Positions 8,940-19,355 of a stretch of DNA of 64,000 bases are shown in pieces. This stretch comes from an uncultured Verrucomicrobiae bacterium. GTDB taxonomy: Bacteria > Verrucomicrobiota > Verrucomicrobiia > Palsa-1439. How positions within the stretch are numbered: the first letter of the stretch is position 1; every line of letters starts with the position of its first letter. The stretch is from assembly GCA_963812605.1 (NCBI GenBank), contig CAWEWF010000014.1:480001-544000 (forward strand). The letters are read 5' to 3'. Both the position numbers and the translations under genes were made by a program. Below the pieces are notes generated by a model. That model had not been told where the DNA came from and did not search any database. It saw only the letters and a list, made by a program, of their open reading frames with translations.

Positions 8940-9880
8940 GATTGCGAGCGGATGTACAGGAGCATCCCCACGTTGACGGCGTTAAACAGCGCGTGCACGG
9001 TAATGGGGGCGAGTAGGGAACCCGTGTATTCGTAAGACAATCCGAGCCCGATCGCCAGGGCAAAGAGCGGCCCCAAAGAAGGCACATGCAGATGAATCGC
9101 CGCGAATGCCGCGGAGACGATCACCAGCGCCCAGCACGTGCCCCAGCGCTGCTTGAGGGCCGGGTAGGCGAAACCGCGAAAGAAAAATTCCTCAAACACC
9201 GGCGCAACGGCGACGGCGAAGGCGACGATGATGACGACCACGAAGGTGGAATCGGAAGTGGCCAGCAGGTCGGCAACGTCTTGCGGCGTGTCCTTGATGC
9301 CAAAGACGTGGCAAATTTTTGCGCTGACAGGAAAAACAACGGCAAGTGGAGGCAGCATTGCCAAAAAAAAGATTCCGCCGAACGCCACGGCGCGCAGCGT
9401 CAAGTTGCGCCGCAGGCCGACCGCCAGCCGCCAATCGATGCCGCGCCGGCGGAAAAATGCAACGAAGCCGAAAAGAAATACGATCCGCAACAGCATTTCA
9501 AGCAAGAGGAGCCAGGGAAGGGCGGTCTCCTGTTCCACATGCGCGAGCTTGAACGCCCCCGCGACCGCCCCTTCGGCTACCACCCATGTGATTATCAATG
9601 CCCCGATCGCGAACAATAGGTCATCCACGCTCCAGGGCTTTGCTTCGATCTTGAGCAGAGACGGTTGCTCCGCTGGCTCGCGAATCGCCAGGGTACGCGC
9701 GAAGCGGACGAACAGGTAGATGTCGCAAATCAGCCCCAAAGAAAGCAATACCGCACCCGCGGTGACAATGGCCGGATAACGCCCCAGCAACTCCGCATCC
9801 GAGAGGCCGCCCGAGCCCATCGCCGACGCGAGGAGGGCCAGGGATTGCGGGAAAGGGAAAAAATTGAGTGGATGAAACAT
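8936..9880 (-). CDS. CPBP (CAAX/Abi) family intramembrane metalloprotease
   Basis: Multi-TM protein with EEFFFRG, FAAIH and HALFN motifs. Confidence 0.9.
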   Translation of the reverse strand: MFHPLNFFPFPQSLALLASAMGSGGLSDAELLGRYPAIVTAGAVLLSLGLICDIYLFVRFARTLAIREPAEQPSLLKIEAKPWSVDDLLFAIGALIITWVVAEGAVAGAFKLAHVEQETALPWLLLLEMLLRIVFLFGFVAFFRRRGIDWRLAVGLRRNLTLRAVAFGGIFFLAMLPPLAVVFPVSAKICHVFGIKDTPQDVADLLATSDSTFVVVIIVAFAVAVAPVFEEFFFRGFAYPALKQRWGTCWALVIVSAAFAAIHLHVPSLGPLFALAIGLGLSYEYTGSLLAPITVHALFNAVNVGMLLYIRSQS

Positions 9881-10043
9881 GTTTGCTGTCAAAAATCTCG
9901 ATAAATCTTCAACCGGAGCCCCGTCAAATGCAACTTCTTTCAAGGAAACGAGCTTGCAGAGTTACGCTTGTCAGAAGAGGCGTGCCCGCGTAAGATGGCC
10001 CCAGCAGCTTGAGTCAACGAAAAACGGAGAGATTGAAATCACC

Positions 10044-11093
10044 ATGAAGCGAGAATTCCTGGCAGTAGTATTGATGGCAGTAGCGGTAGTCGGCAGCGCG
10101 CGCGCGGCGGATACAAATGCGCCGGCAGAAGCGGCGAAACCACCCGCCGGACCGCCGCCAAAACTTCAATTCGACAAGACCGTTTATGACTTCGGCCCGA
10201 CCGGATTGGTCGATTCCGTCACGGGGACTTTCACTTTCCAGAATACAGGCGCGGGAGAACTGAAGATCGACAAGCCGCAGCCGTCCTGCGGGTGCACGGT
10301 CGCGAGTGTGAAGCCGGACACCCTCAAGCCCGGGGAAAAGGGCGAGTTGGTTTTCACGGTCCGGGTCGCCGGCCAGCGGGGCCATCTTGAGAAACACATC
10401 ACGGTACCGTCCAATGACCCCCTGGCGGGGAAGGTGAGCCTCTCCATCAAGATCGAGATTAGGCAGATTATCGATGTGTCACCTCAAAGTATCCAGTTGG
10501 GCAATGTTCGGCAGGGGACGAGCACGAACGTGTCGGTGCTGGTGCGCCGGACCGACGGCAATAAACTGGCGATCAGCAAAGCCGAGCCGAGCAACAAAAT
10601 GTTGACCACCCGGATCGAACCGGTCGAAGGCACGAACGCCGATTCGGCGAACATCATCATTGGCGTCTCCAGTGAGGGAACGCCGCGACAATTTAGCGAG
10701 AACGTAAAGGTGTCCATCGAGGGCGTCGCCCAGCCCGTGGCGGTGGTCACCCTCAACGGGCGGCTCTTGGGGGATGTACTCGTGGATCCCCCCATCCTGT
10801 ACTGGCCGATCACGGATACCTCGGCCACGAATTCCGAGGCACTGCCGGCGCGGGAGATCAAGCTCTCGGCCACCCGTCCCGATCTGACGTTGGAAATCAA
10901 AAACCTGGCGACCAACATCAAGGAATTGAGTCTTGATCTGGTCACAAAAGATGCCGGGAAGTCCTACGTGATTGTTGCCAAGTTCTCGCAGGTGCCGAAG
11001 CAATCGGCGCAGGGCACGATCACTTTTGAGACGAACACCACGACCCAACCGAAGGTCACCATCCCCGTAACGCTTACCGTTCTGAAAAGGTAA
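10044..11093 (+). CDS. DUF1573 domain secreted protein (Ig-like repeats)
   Basis: Signal peptide MKREFLAVVLMAVAVVGSARA; YDFG...FTFQNTG...PSCGCT...LKPGEKGEL. Confidence 0.85.
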   Translation: MKREFLAVVLMAVAVVGSARAADTNAPAEAAKPPAGPPPKLQFDKTVYDFGPTGLVDSVTGTFTFQNTGAGELKIDKPQPSCGCTVASVKPDTLKPGEKGELVFTVRVAGQRGHLEKHITVPSNDPLAGKVSLSIKIEIRQIIDVSPQSIQLGNVRQGTSTNVSVLVRRTDGNKLAISKAEPSNKMLTTRIEPVEGTNADSANIIIGVSSEGTPRQFSENVKVSIEGVAQPVAVVTLNGRLLGDVLVDPPILYWPITDTSATNSEALPAREIKLSATRPDLTLEIKNLATNIKELSLDLVTKDAGKSYVIVAKFSQVPKQSAQGTITFETNTTTQPKVTIPVTLTVLKR

Positions 11094-11103
11094 CCGGGCG
11101 GGC

Positions 11104-11568
11104 ATGTGGCGCACTTTCCAGCGGGCGCTGGCGATCGTGGCCGCGGGCGCCGCGCTGGGTCTGGGAGCGAACGCGGTTTCCGCGCGACGCATCCCGTTGC
11201 TTACGCCACCGCCCGAGCCACCGAAGGCCCAGGACACGGTGGCGCTTCCGGAGGCCGAGGAATTGTGGAAGAGCGGGACAGGTTTCTTTTTCGACGCCCG
11301 CTCGCCAGCCGACTATGCCGCCGGGCACATCGCCGGCGCCCTCAGCCTGCCGGTGGAGGAGTTTGACGATCGTTTCCCGAAACTGGCCCCGATGTTGATG
11401 CCCGACGTGCCGATCGTCACATATTGCGATGGTAAAGAGTGCGAGTTAAGCGAGCGTTTGATGGTTCGACTCCGCGACCTTGGCTATCACAATGTGCGCC
11501 ATCTGGTCAACGGCTGGACCGAGTGGCACACGGCGGGGCTGCTTACTCATACGGGAGATCAGCCGTGA
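11104..11568 (+). CDS. Membrane-anchored rhodanese-like protein
   Basis: N-terminal TM; FDARS..YAAGHIAGA, YCDGKEC and GWTEW. Confidence 0.9.
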   Translation: MWRTFQRALAIVAAGAALGLGANAVSARRIPLLTPPPEPPKAQDTVALPEAEELWKSGTGFFFDARSPADYAAGHIAGALSLPVEEFDDRFPKLAPMLMPDVPIVTYCDGKECELSERLMVRLRDLGYHNVRHLVNGWTEWHTAGLLTHTGDQP

Positions 11569-12047
11569 AGTGGATCAATCTGATCCTGCGGCTTGTTCTT
11601 GGCGGAATTTTTCTGGCTTCGGCGATTGCCAAAATCTGGAACGTCCAGGTTAGCCCTGCTCACGGGATGCAGTTTTCGCATGTCCCCGACCTGGCGACCT
11701 TCGCCCAGGATGTGACCAATTACCATGTGCCACCGCGTTCCCTTGCCAACTTCGTTGCCATCACCTTGCCATGGATCGAACTGCTTGCCGGCGGGCTGCT
11801 GGTCTGCGGGATCTGGAAACGCGCGAGTGCGCTCGTGATTACGACGCTGATGATTGTGTTTTTGGCCGCCATCAGTTGGGCGCTGGTTCATGGATACGAC
11901 ATTCGTTGCGGCTGCTTCGGCACCGTCGATGCGCGAAAGGTGGGCGTCACGGCGCTGGCGCAGGACGCCGTATTGCTGGGCATGGCCGTCTGGCTGGCAT
12001 GGCGTTTGGAAGATGAACCGCAACAAGCAACGGAGATTATTCCATGA
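11565..12047 (+). CDS. MauE/DoxX family redox membrane protein
   Basis: GTG start at 11565; LRLVLGGIFLASAIAK, LPWIEL and DIRCGCFG. Confidence 0.85.
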   Translation: MKWINLILRLVLGGIFLASAIAKIWNVQVSPAHGMQFSHVPDLATFAQDVTNYHVPPRSLANFVAITLPWIELLAGGLLVCGIWKRASALVITTLMIVFLAAISWALVHGYDIRCGCFGTVDARKVGVTALAQDAVLLGMAVWLAWRLEDEPQQATEIIP

Positions 12048-12424
12048 AGCGACAGATCGTAGCGACGGACGCGGCGCCGAAAGCGGTCGGACCATATTCA
12101 CAAGCCGTTTGGGCGGGGGACTTGTTGTTTTGCGCGGGCCAAATCCCGCTCGAACCGGCAACCGGGAACATTGTCCCCGGTGGAATCACCGAACAAGCGA
12201 CCCGCGTTCTCGAGAACATTCGCGGCCTGCTGAAATCGCAAGGCCTGGATTTTGAGAACGTGGTGAAATCGACCGTCTTCCTCAGCGACATGAACAATTT
12301 TGGGGCCATGAACGAAGTATACGCCGGGTTTTTTACCAGGGAGCCGCCCGCCCGATCCACCATTCAGGTCGCCCGCCTGCCAAAAGACGCGCTGGTGGAA
12401 ATTGAAGTCGTGGCGGCCAGATAG
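12044..12424 (+). CDS. ridA: RidA family enamine/imine deaminase
   Basis: APKAVGPYSQAV, GQIP, NEVY, PPARST and LVEIE. Confidence 0.93.
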   Translation: MKRQIVATDAAPKAVGPYSQAVWAGDLLFCAGQIPLEPATGNIVPGGITEQATRVLENIRGLLKSQGLDFENVVKSTVFLSDMNNFGAMNEVYAGFFTREPPARSTIQVARLPKDALVEIEVVAAR

Positions 12425-12449
12425 GCCCGCAAAAACGTTCGGGGAAGGC

Positions 12450-12614
12450 TCAGGGGCAGTGGGCGGTGTAGATTTTGGCGAGACGATACTCGAAGTACGC
12501 TTTGCGCTTGTTGGGCGCGGCTTGGAAGGTGGGGTTGGTCGCCAGCAACCAACAGAATTCAACCCATTCGACCAATCTGGACGGACAAGGTCTTGTCTTG
12601 TTCATTCGGCTCAT
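12450..12614 (-). CDS. Possible small protein (54 aa)
   Basis: MSRMNKTRPCPSRLVEWVEFCWLLATNPTFQAAPNKRKAYFEYRLAKIYTAHCP sits in an otherwise empty 430-nt gap; no family recognised. Confidence 0.3.
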   Translation of the reverse strand: MSRMNKTRPCPSRLVEWVEFCWLLATNPTFQAAPNKRKAYFEYRLAKIYTAHCP

Positions 12615-12861
12615 CAGTAGCAGGGTTCGTGCGCAGTTCTGAAGGACCGCGAAATCAGGGATGTTCGGGCATTTTTCGTCTGGCAAACTGACGATGGCGA
12701 ACGACACACCGGCAAGTTTGCGACTCCCAATCGCACCGATGCAAATCGCGCGGTTTCCGCGCTCGGTAACAAGAAGCCTTTCGCCTTGCTGGTGAGTTGG
12801 ACGGTATGCTAGCGTTCGCCCGCTTTTATGAGGAGAGGGGGGAAATTGCTGCTGGTCGGTC

Positions 12862-15045
12862 GTGGCACTCCTGTCGTTAACGGCAGGCGCGCGCGCCGAT
12901 GATTCGGCGACGGCTGCGCCCGCCGAAAGTCTGGGCCCGCCTTCGACCATCGACGCGGAAACCATGACGTTCGACAAGGACTCGAAGACCTATGTTGCTG
13001 ACGGCCATGTTGTGATCCACGACAAAGACGCCACCCTCCAGGCCGACCACGTGAAGTTTAACACGGAAACAAAGGACGCGTGGGCAAACGGGCATGTGCG
13101 GCTCAATCGAGCGGCCCAGGAATGGGTTGCGCCGTCGCTTTACTACAACTTCGATACGCGCGCCGTGAAGGCTTCGCAAGCCGATGGCTTTGTCGATCCG
13201 GTCTATGTGCGGACGGAGAATCTCGAGCAGGCGAATACCAATCACTATGTCTTCACCCACGGTTCGGCCACGACCTGTGATTATGACAAACCGGATTACC
13301 GCTTCGTAGCGACCCACGGGGAGATTTGGCCGGGCTCGCGCGTGGTGCTCTACAATGTCACGTTGCGACTCGGAAACACGCCGGTTTGCTGGTTCCCGAT
13401 TGTCGTTTTTTCGCTGAATGGCGGCCAGCCTCCCATTGTCGTCTCGGTCGGGGATAATACGCTGTCGGGATTCTTCCTCTTGTCGGCTTACACCTGGAAG
13501 CCGACCAAGGACCTCGAAGTGACCGTCCACGCGGACGAGCGGACGCGGCGCGGCTTTGGCACCGGCGCGGACATGCGGTACCAGATGGGCCCGGAGGGAC
13601 AGGGATTGTTGACGGGTTATTACTTGAACGACGCCGAGCCGAAAGACAATTCGTTCGGGGAGAGCAGCGTCAACCATAATCGCTACCGCGGCGAGTGGCA
13701 GCACAAGCAGTACCTGACCAATGACGTTACCGTCACAGTCGATCTCAACAAGTTGAGCGATTCCGATGTGATCAAGGACTTTTTTCCGGACGAGTTCCGC
13801 CAGAACCGCGAGCCGGACTCGGTGGCCGATGTCACCAAGCGCGGGCCGGACTATACGCTGTCGCTGCTGACGACCCCGCAATTCAACGAGTTCTTTGCCG
13901 GGGTCGAGCGCCTGCCCGAAACGAAGTTGGCTGTGGATCGGACCCGGCTGGGCAGCACGCCGTTCTTTTATGAAGGGGAGAGCAGCGTTGGCCAGTACCA
14001 TAATGTACCGGGGAACACCAATGTGACAGGCAGCGTGGCGAACACAAATTTTGTTGGGAACGCCGTGCGCGCCGATACCTTTCACCAAATCGTCATGCCG
14101 GAGATGCTGGGAGGCTGGCTTTCTGTGATCCCGCGGGCGGGAATACGCGGGGACTACTACTCGCGGACGACCGAGGACGATCCCACGCAGGACGGGGTAA
14201 CGCGTGTCGTCTATGATCTTGGCACGGAAGCTTCTTTTAAGGTCTCCCGGGAATGGGACGATGCGCACAACGACTGGTTTCGCGTGGATGGCCTGCGGCA
14301 TATTTTGCAGCCGTTTGTGGACTACCAGTGGGTGCCGCGACCCAACCAGGCGACCAATGATCTTTTCCAATTTGATTCCGTGCGCGACGTGACCCTGCGG
14401 GGTGGCGACTCGCTGTCGGTGACGCGCTATTCGCCGCTGGAGTTCCCGGCGTACAACACGATCGACTCGATTACCGGGGAAAACACACTGCGCTTTGGGT
14501 TACGCCAAACGTTGCAGACACGGCGTGACGGCCAGGCCTGGAACCTGGTCGACGTCACCGGTTGGACGGACTGGGAGATCGAAAGGGTCAAAGGACAGGC
14601 TGACTTTTCGGATTTTTTCGGGACGATGGAGCTGCGGCCGTGGCGCTGGCTGTCGTTGGACACGTTTGCGCGTTACGATATGAATGCCGGCGTGCTGCGG
14701 GAGTTCAATACCGAGATGCGCATCATCGATACCGGCCGCTGGATTTTTGGCGTGGGGACACGATATTTGAAGGATGACAGCAACCTCGTCACCGGTGATC
14801 TCGCGTATCGGTTGACCCGGCGCTGGAGCGCGCATATTTACGAGCGTTATGACATGGAAGACGGCACGTGGGAAGAGCAGGAATATACCTTGCGACAGGA
14901 AACGCATGACTGGTTCATTGATTACGGTTTCCGTTACCTGGGGCGGCACCAAGAGACGGGCATGCCTACGCAAAAAAATGAAATGACATTGTTCTTCAGC
15001 GTGACACTCAAGGCGTTCCCGAACAATATCCTGAGAGTGAACTAA
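12862..15045 (+). CDS. lptD: LPS-assembly protein LptD (true start possibly ATG 12828 with an indel)
   Basis: OstA-like N-domain (IDAETMTFD...ADGHVVI...LQADHVKFN), ATTCD and a C-terminal beta-barrel. Confidence 0.85.
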   Translation: MALLSLTAGARADDSATAAPAESLGPPSTIDAETMTFDKDSKTYVADGHVVIHDKDATLQADHVKFNTETKDAWANGHVRLNRAAQEWVAPSLYYNFDTRAVKASQADGFVDPVYVRTENLEQANTNHYVFTHGSATTCDYDKPDYRFVATHGEIWPGSRVVLYNVTLRLGNTPVCWFPIVVFSLNGGQPPIVVSVGDNTLSGFFLLSAYTWKPTKDLEVTVHADERTRRGFGTGADMRYQMGPEGQGLLTGYYLNDAEPKDNSFGESSVNHNRYRGEWQHKQYLTNDVTVTVDLNKLSDSDVIKDFFPDEFRQNREPDSVADVTKRGPDYTLSLLTTPQFNEFFAGVERLPETKLAVDRTRLGSTPFFYEGESSVGQYHNVPGNTNVTGSVANTNFVGNAVRADTFHQIVMPEMLGGWLSVIPRAGIRGDYYSRTTEDDPTQDGVTRVVYDLGTEASFKVSREWDDAHNDWFRVDGLRHILQPFVDYQWVPRPNQATNDLFQFDSVRDVTLRGGDSLSVTRYSPLEFPAYNTIDSITGENTLRFGLRQTLQTRRDGQAWNLVDVTGWTDWEIERVKGQADFSDFFGTMELRPWRWLSLDTFARYDMNAGVLREFNTEMRIIDTGRWIFGVGTRYLKDDSNLVTGDLAYRLTRRWSAHIYERYDMEDGTWEEQEYTLRQETHDWFIDYGFRYLGRHQETGMPTQKNEMTLFFSVTLKAFPNNILRVN

Positions 15046-15068
15046 GCGGATGAGGGAGTGAGAAATTT

Positions 15069-16361
15069 ATGGTTAAGATAAGCATTGTTGGAACCGGCTA
15101 CGTCGGCCTCGTGACGGGCGCCTGCTTCGCCGAGGTCGGACACCAGGTGATCTGTGTCGATAACGACCTGAAAAAGGTGGAAACGCTGCAAGCCGGCGGG
15201 ATCCCGATTTACGAGCCGGGCCTCGAAGAGATGGTGAAACGCAACGTCACCAACGGTCGGCTGCGCTTCACGGGACAGATCGCCGATGGCGTGAACAATT
15301 CCGAGGTGATCTTCATCGCCGTGCCCACCCCGCCCAAGCCCAATGGTGACGTGGACATGAGTTTCGTCGAGCGGGTGGCGCGCGAAATCGCGGCGACCAT
15401 GACGGAATACAAGATCATCGTGGATAAATCCACAGTGCCCGTCAAGACCGGCGAAAAAGTCGCGGAGACCATCAAGCGCTACAACAAACACAAGGTCGAT
15501 TTCGACGTGATCAGCAACCCCGAGTTCCTGCGCGAGGGCTGCGCCGTGCAGGACCTGATGCAGCCGGACCGGGTGGTGATCGGTGTGGGCGGCCCGCGAC
15601 CGGTGGCGAAGATGAAGGACGTGTACACGCCGTTCAACGCGCCGATCATCGTGACTGACATCAACAGCGCGGAACTGATCAAGCATGCCTGCAACTCTTT
15701 CCTCGCGCTGAAGATTTCCTATACCAACGCGCTCTCCGTCATCTGCGAAGCCAGCGGCGCCAACATTTCGGACGTCGTTCACGGCATGGGCCTGGACAAA
15801 CGCATCGGACGCGCGTTTCTCAACGCCGGCCTCGGCTACGGCGGTTCCTGTTTCCCGAAGGACCTCAGCGCCTTTGTCCATATCGCCGAGGCGCTGGGCT
15901 ATGAATTTCGGCTGCTCAAGGAAGTCCAGCAGATCAATTCCAGCCAGATCGAACGCTTTCTCAAGAAAGTCCATGACACCTTGTGGATCGTGAAGGATAA
16001 AACCATCGGTGTGCTGGGGCTGGCGTTCAAGCCGAACACGGACGATATGCGCCTGGCGCCGTCGCTGGAAGTCATCCGCCCGCTGCAGAAGGAAGGCGCA
16101 AAGATTCGCGCTTATGACCCGAAGGCGATGGAAAAGGCGCGCGAGGTCCTGCCTGGTGTCGAATTCTGTGACGATCCGTACGGTGTCGCGACCGGAGCGG
16201 ACGCGCTCATCATTTGCACGGAGTGGGATGAATTCCGCCAGCTCGACCTCGACAAGCTGCGCTCGGTGATGAACCATCCGATCGTGCTCGATGGCCGCAA
16301 CTTGTACGATCCGCAAAAGATGACCGAGCTGGGTTTCGTGTACAAGAGCATCGGCAGGTGA
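15069..16361 (+). CDS. ugd: UDP-glucose/GDP-mannose 6-dehydrogenase
   Basis: GTGYVGL, PIYEPGL, KSTVP, NPEFLREG and GYGGSCFPKD. Confidence 0.95.
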   Translation: MVKISIVGTGYVGLVTGACFAEVGHQVICVDNDLKKVETLQAGGIPIYEPGLEEMVKRNVTNGRLRFTGQIADGVNNSEVIFIAVPTPPKPNGDVDMSFVERVAREIAATMTEYKIIVDKSTVPVKTGEKVAETIKRYNKHKVDFDVISNPEFLREGCAVQDLMQPDRVVIGVGGPRPVAKMKDVYTPFNAPIIVTDINSAELIKHACNSFLALKISYTNALSVICEASGANISDVVHGMGLDKRIGRAFLNAGLGYGGSCFPKDLSAFVHIAEALGYEFRLLKEVQQINSSQIERFLKKVHDTLWIVKDKTIGVLGLAFKPNTDDMRLAPSLEVIRPLQKEGAKIRAYDPKAMEKAREVLPGVEFCDDPYGVATGADALIICTEWDEFRQLDLDKLRSVMNHPIVLDGRNLYDPQKMTELGFVYKSIGR

Positions 16362-16362
16362 G

Positions 16363-17829
16363 ATGCGCCGCGGCGCGGTCATTCTACTCCTGATGGTCAC
16401 AGCTGCCGCGCCGGTTCTTGCCCAAAAACCTTTTCCACCCATCACGGCGGATGATCGTATCATTGTGGTCGCGCCGCATCCTGACGACGAAGTGCTCGGC
16501 GCGGGTGGATTGATCCAGCAAGCGTGCGCGGCCGGCGCGGAGGTGCACGTGATTTATCTCACCAGCGGTGATCACAACCAAATCGCATTTAAGATCTACA
16601 AACTCCGGCTGCACCTTAGTTCCCGCCAATATATTGCGTTCGGCGAACTGCGTAATCGCGAGGCGGCAGCCGCCACGGCGCTGCTCGGCTTGACCCGCGA
16701 CCAACTGACTTTCCTGGGGTACCCGGACTACGGAACGCTGCAAATCTGGCGCGACCATTGGGGCGAGGTCCCTCCGTTTCGCAGCGACGCGACGCACACC
16801 AACGCGGTGCCGTATGCGGATGCGTTTGGTTACGGACAATCGTACACGCCCGAAAACGTCGTGGCCGACTTCGTCAAACTATTCCGCCTGATTCGTCCGA
16901 CGAAGATATTTGTCACACACCCCGCCGATACCAATCCGGACCACCGCGCCGCGGCGAATTTCACGCGCCTTGCGGTGCTGGAACTGGGGGCGGAACAGCC
17001 GCCACCGCAGCTTTACTATTACGTTGTTCACTTTGGTCGATGGCCGTTTCCCTATCATTATCATCCCGAACTGGAACTCGAACCACCGCAACAGTTGCTG
17101 GACGACGGCGATTGGCTGACGCTTCCGTTGACGCCGGAGCAGGCGCAGGAGAAGTACGAGGCCATCCTGCAAAACCACACGCAACTGACGACGCGCCAGT
17201 ATTTTCTGGTCTCGTTCGCGCGCGCCGATGAAATCTTCGCCACCATCGAGGTGTTGCCCGTGCCCGAGGTGCCCGCCGATGCGGTCATCAACTGGAAGAA
17301 GGCGGTTCGCACCGAAGCCATTGGATTCAGCCACAGCGAGGCGTCCAACAAAACCGGCGCGGAACATGTGCCGTTGGAGGAACTGGCGGCGATGGAATTG
17401 GAAGAGACCGCCTACGTGCGCCAGGGTGAAGACCTGATTGCGCAGGTCACACTGCAAAACCGGCTGGGAAAGCGGGCCAATGTCCATTTACTGCTGTACG
17501 GATTCAAACGCGGTTCCGACTTTGCCACCCTGCCCAAACTGCACATCAACATCACGCCGCTCGGCAGCGTGCATGTATTTGACGATCGCAAACGGGTGAA
17601 CGTCGAGAACGTCAAGGTGATCAGCGTCGAGAACCACTTGATTGTCCGCGTGCCCTTGCGGCTGCTGGGCGACGAGGTGCCCGACCTGCTTTTCACGGCG
17701 ACGCGGGCGAACCTCGGCGAGATTGCAGCGGACAATACCGCGTGGCATCTCTTTTCGCTGTCCAGTGGTCCTGTAAACGGGCATACAATCAAGCCATCAA
17801 GCAATAGACCGCCAATGTGGGTGAAATAA
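16363..17829 (+). CDS. PIG-L/LmbE family deacetylase, exported, with extra C-terminal domain
   Basis: Signal peptide; VAPHPDDE, FLGYPD and HPADTNPDH. Confidence 0.85.
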   Translation: MRRGAVILLLMVTAAAPVLAQKPFPPITADDRIIVVAPHPDDEVLGAGGLIQQACAAGAEVHVIYLTSGDHNQIAFKIYKLRLHLSSRQYIAFGELRNREAAAATALLGLTRDQLTFLGYPDYGTLQIWRDHWGEVPPFRSDATHTNAVPYADAFGYGQSYTPENVVADFVKLFRLIRPTKIFVTHPADTNPDHRAAANFTRLAVLELGAEQPPPQLYYYVVHFGRWPFPYHYHPELELEPPQQLLDDGDWLTLPLTPEQAQEKYEAILQNHTQLTTRQYFLVSFARADEIFATIEVLPVPEVPADAVINWKKAVRTEAIGFSHSEASNKTGAEHVPLEELAAMELEETAYVRQGEDLIAQVTLQNRLGKRANVHLLLYGFKRGSDFATLPKLHINITPLGSVHVFDDRKRVNVENVKVISVENHLIVRVPLRLLGDEVPDLLFTATRANLGEIAADNTAWHLFSLSSGPVNGHTIKPSSNRPPMWVK

Positions 17830-18764
17830 TGGAGTACTTGATCACAGGAGGAGCGGGGTTCATCGGCTCGAACATCGCCGAGCACCTGGTTGGACAGGGG
17901 CGCAGCGTCCGGGTGTTCGACAATTTTTCCAGCGGCAAGCGCGCGAACGTACAGTCCTTTGCTGCGCAGGCGGAAATCATCGAAGGCGACTTGCGTGACA
18001 TCAAATCGGTCCAACAGGCGGTCAAGGATGTGCGTTATGTCCTCCACCTTGGCGCGATACCCAGTGTTCCTCGCTCCGTTGAAAACCCACTGGCGACGAA
18101 CGAAGCCAATATTACCGGCACGGTCAATCTGCTGGTCGCGGCGCGCGACGCGGGGGTGAAACGGGTGGTGTTCACGTCGTCCTCCAGCGTGTATGGTGAC
18201 ACGCGCACGCTGCCCAAGCGCGAAGACATGCCGCCGTCGCCGCTCTCGCCCTACGCGGTCCACAAAATCACGGGCGAGTATTACGCGGCCATCTTCTGGC
18301 GGTTGTACGGACTCGAAACCGTCTCGCTTCGCTACTTTAACGTGTTCGGCCCGCGTCAGGACCCGCAGTCGCAGTATGCGGCGGTCATTCCGCGGTTCAT
18401 CACGGCCATTTTGCGCGACCAATCCCCAGTCATCTTTGGCGACGGCAGCCAGACGCGCGATTTCTCCCATGTCGAGAATGTCATCCACGCCAACCTTCTC
18501 GCTTGCGAAGCGCCGAAGGAAGCGCTCGGCCAGTCCTTCAATATCGCCTGCGGCGGACGCATCTCGCTTTTGGATCTCGTCGACACCGTGAACAAAATTC
18601 TCGGCAAAAACGTGAAACCGAAGTTCGATCCCGCGCGCCCCGGCGACATCCTCCACAGCCAGGCCGACATTACGAAGGCGGAAAGGCTTCTCGACTGGAA
18701 ACCCACGGTGAACTTTCCCGAAGGCATCGCCAAGACAATCGCGTGGTATCAGCGGCAGGGCTAG
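17829..18764 (+). CDS. NAD-dependent nucleotide-sugar epimerase (WbpP/GalE-like)
   Basis: TGGAGFIGS, SSSSVYG, YAVHK and RYFNVFGPRQDP. Confidence 0.93.
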   Translation: MEYLITGGAGFIGSNIAEHLVGQGRSVRVFDNFSSGKRANVQSFAAQAEIIEGDLRDIKSVQQAVKDVRYVLHLGAIPSVPRSVENPLATNEANITGTVNLLVAARDAGVKRVVFTSSSSVYGDTRTLPKREDMPPSPLSPYAVHKITGEYYAAIFWRLYGLETVSLRYFNVFGPRQDPQSQYAAVIPRFITAILRDQSPVIFGDGSQTRDFSHVENVIHANLLACEAPKEALGQSFNIACGGRISLLDLVDTVNKILGKNVKPKFDPARPGDILHSQADITKAERLLDWKPTVNFPEGIAKTIAWYQRQG

Positions 18765-18779
18765 AGGATAATTACAAAT

Positions 18780-19355
18780 ATGAGATTGTGCCGGACTGCC
18801 CCCATTTCCGAAACGAGGCAAATCCTTTGCTTTTGCCTTATTCTAACTTGCTGTTCCTGCTCTTCCCCAAATGAACAGCATAGTAGTCAAGTAGCGATTG
18901 CGTCATGGCCACACGGCAATTCAACTGATATTAGGTGCGAAATCCACGAGCGCCATTCTGGCAGTGACGAATTAAGTGATCGCGAACTAAGAATTGTCGA
19001 CCCACGGGGTCATTGCGTGAGTCTGTTTCACACCCCCGACACGTTCCTTGCAATGTATCCAAACGGAGATGACAATCCGCTTTTAATCACTGTGTGGGTT
19101 TCGGGAACGGCGTACAGGATTCGAGTCGTTAATTGGGACGGTGCCACTGCGAGAGTTGTACTTGATGGTGGCTCCAAGAGTTTTCCTGAAATTATTTCTC
19201 GCGAGCTGGGGGATTGTATTATTCTTTTGAGCGATTCGAATGGCAGCCCGACCGACACTACTAACTGGACCACGACGCGTTATTCTTGGAATGGAAACGA
19301 GATGTCGGAACTTGACCACGTGGCATATTCATCTCGATTCGCGAAGTTACAGTGA
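18780..19355 (+). CDS. Hypothetical lipoprotein-like protein, lower GC
   Basis: Hydrophobic stretch ILCFCLILTCCSCSS; AT-richer codons than its neighbours. Confidence 0.55.
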   Translation: MRLCRTAPISETRQILCFCLILTCCSCSSPNEQHSSQVAIASWPHGNSTDIRCEIHERHSGSDELSDRELRIVDPRGHCVSLFHTPDTFLAMYPNGDDNPLLITVWVSGTAYRIRVVNWDGATARVVLDGGSKSFPEIISRELGDCIILLSDSNGSPTDTTNWTTTRYSWNGNEMSELDHVAYSSRFAKLQ

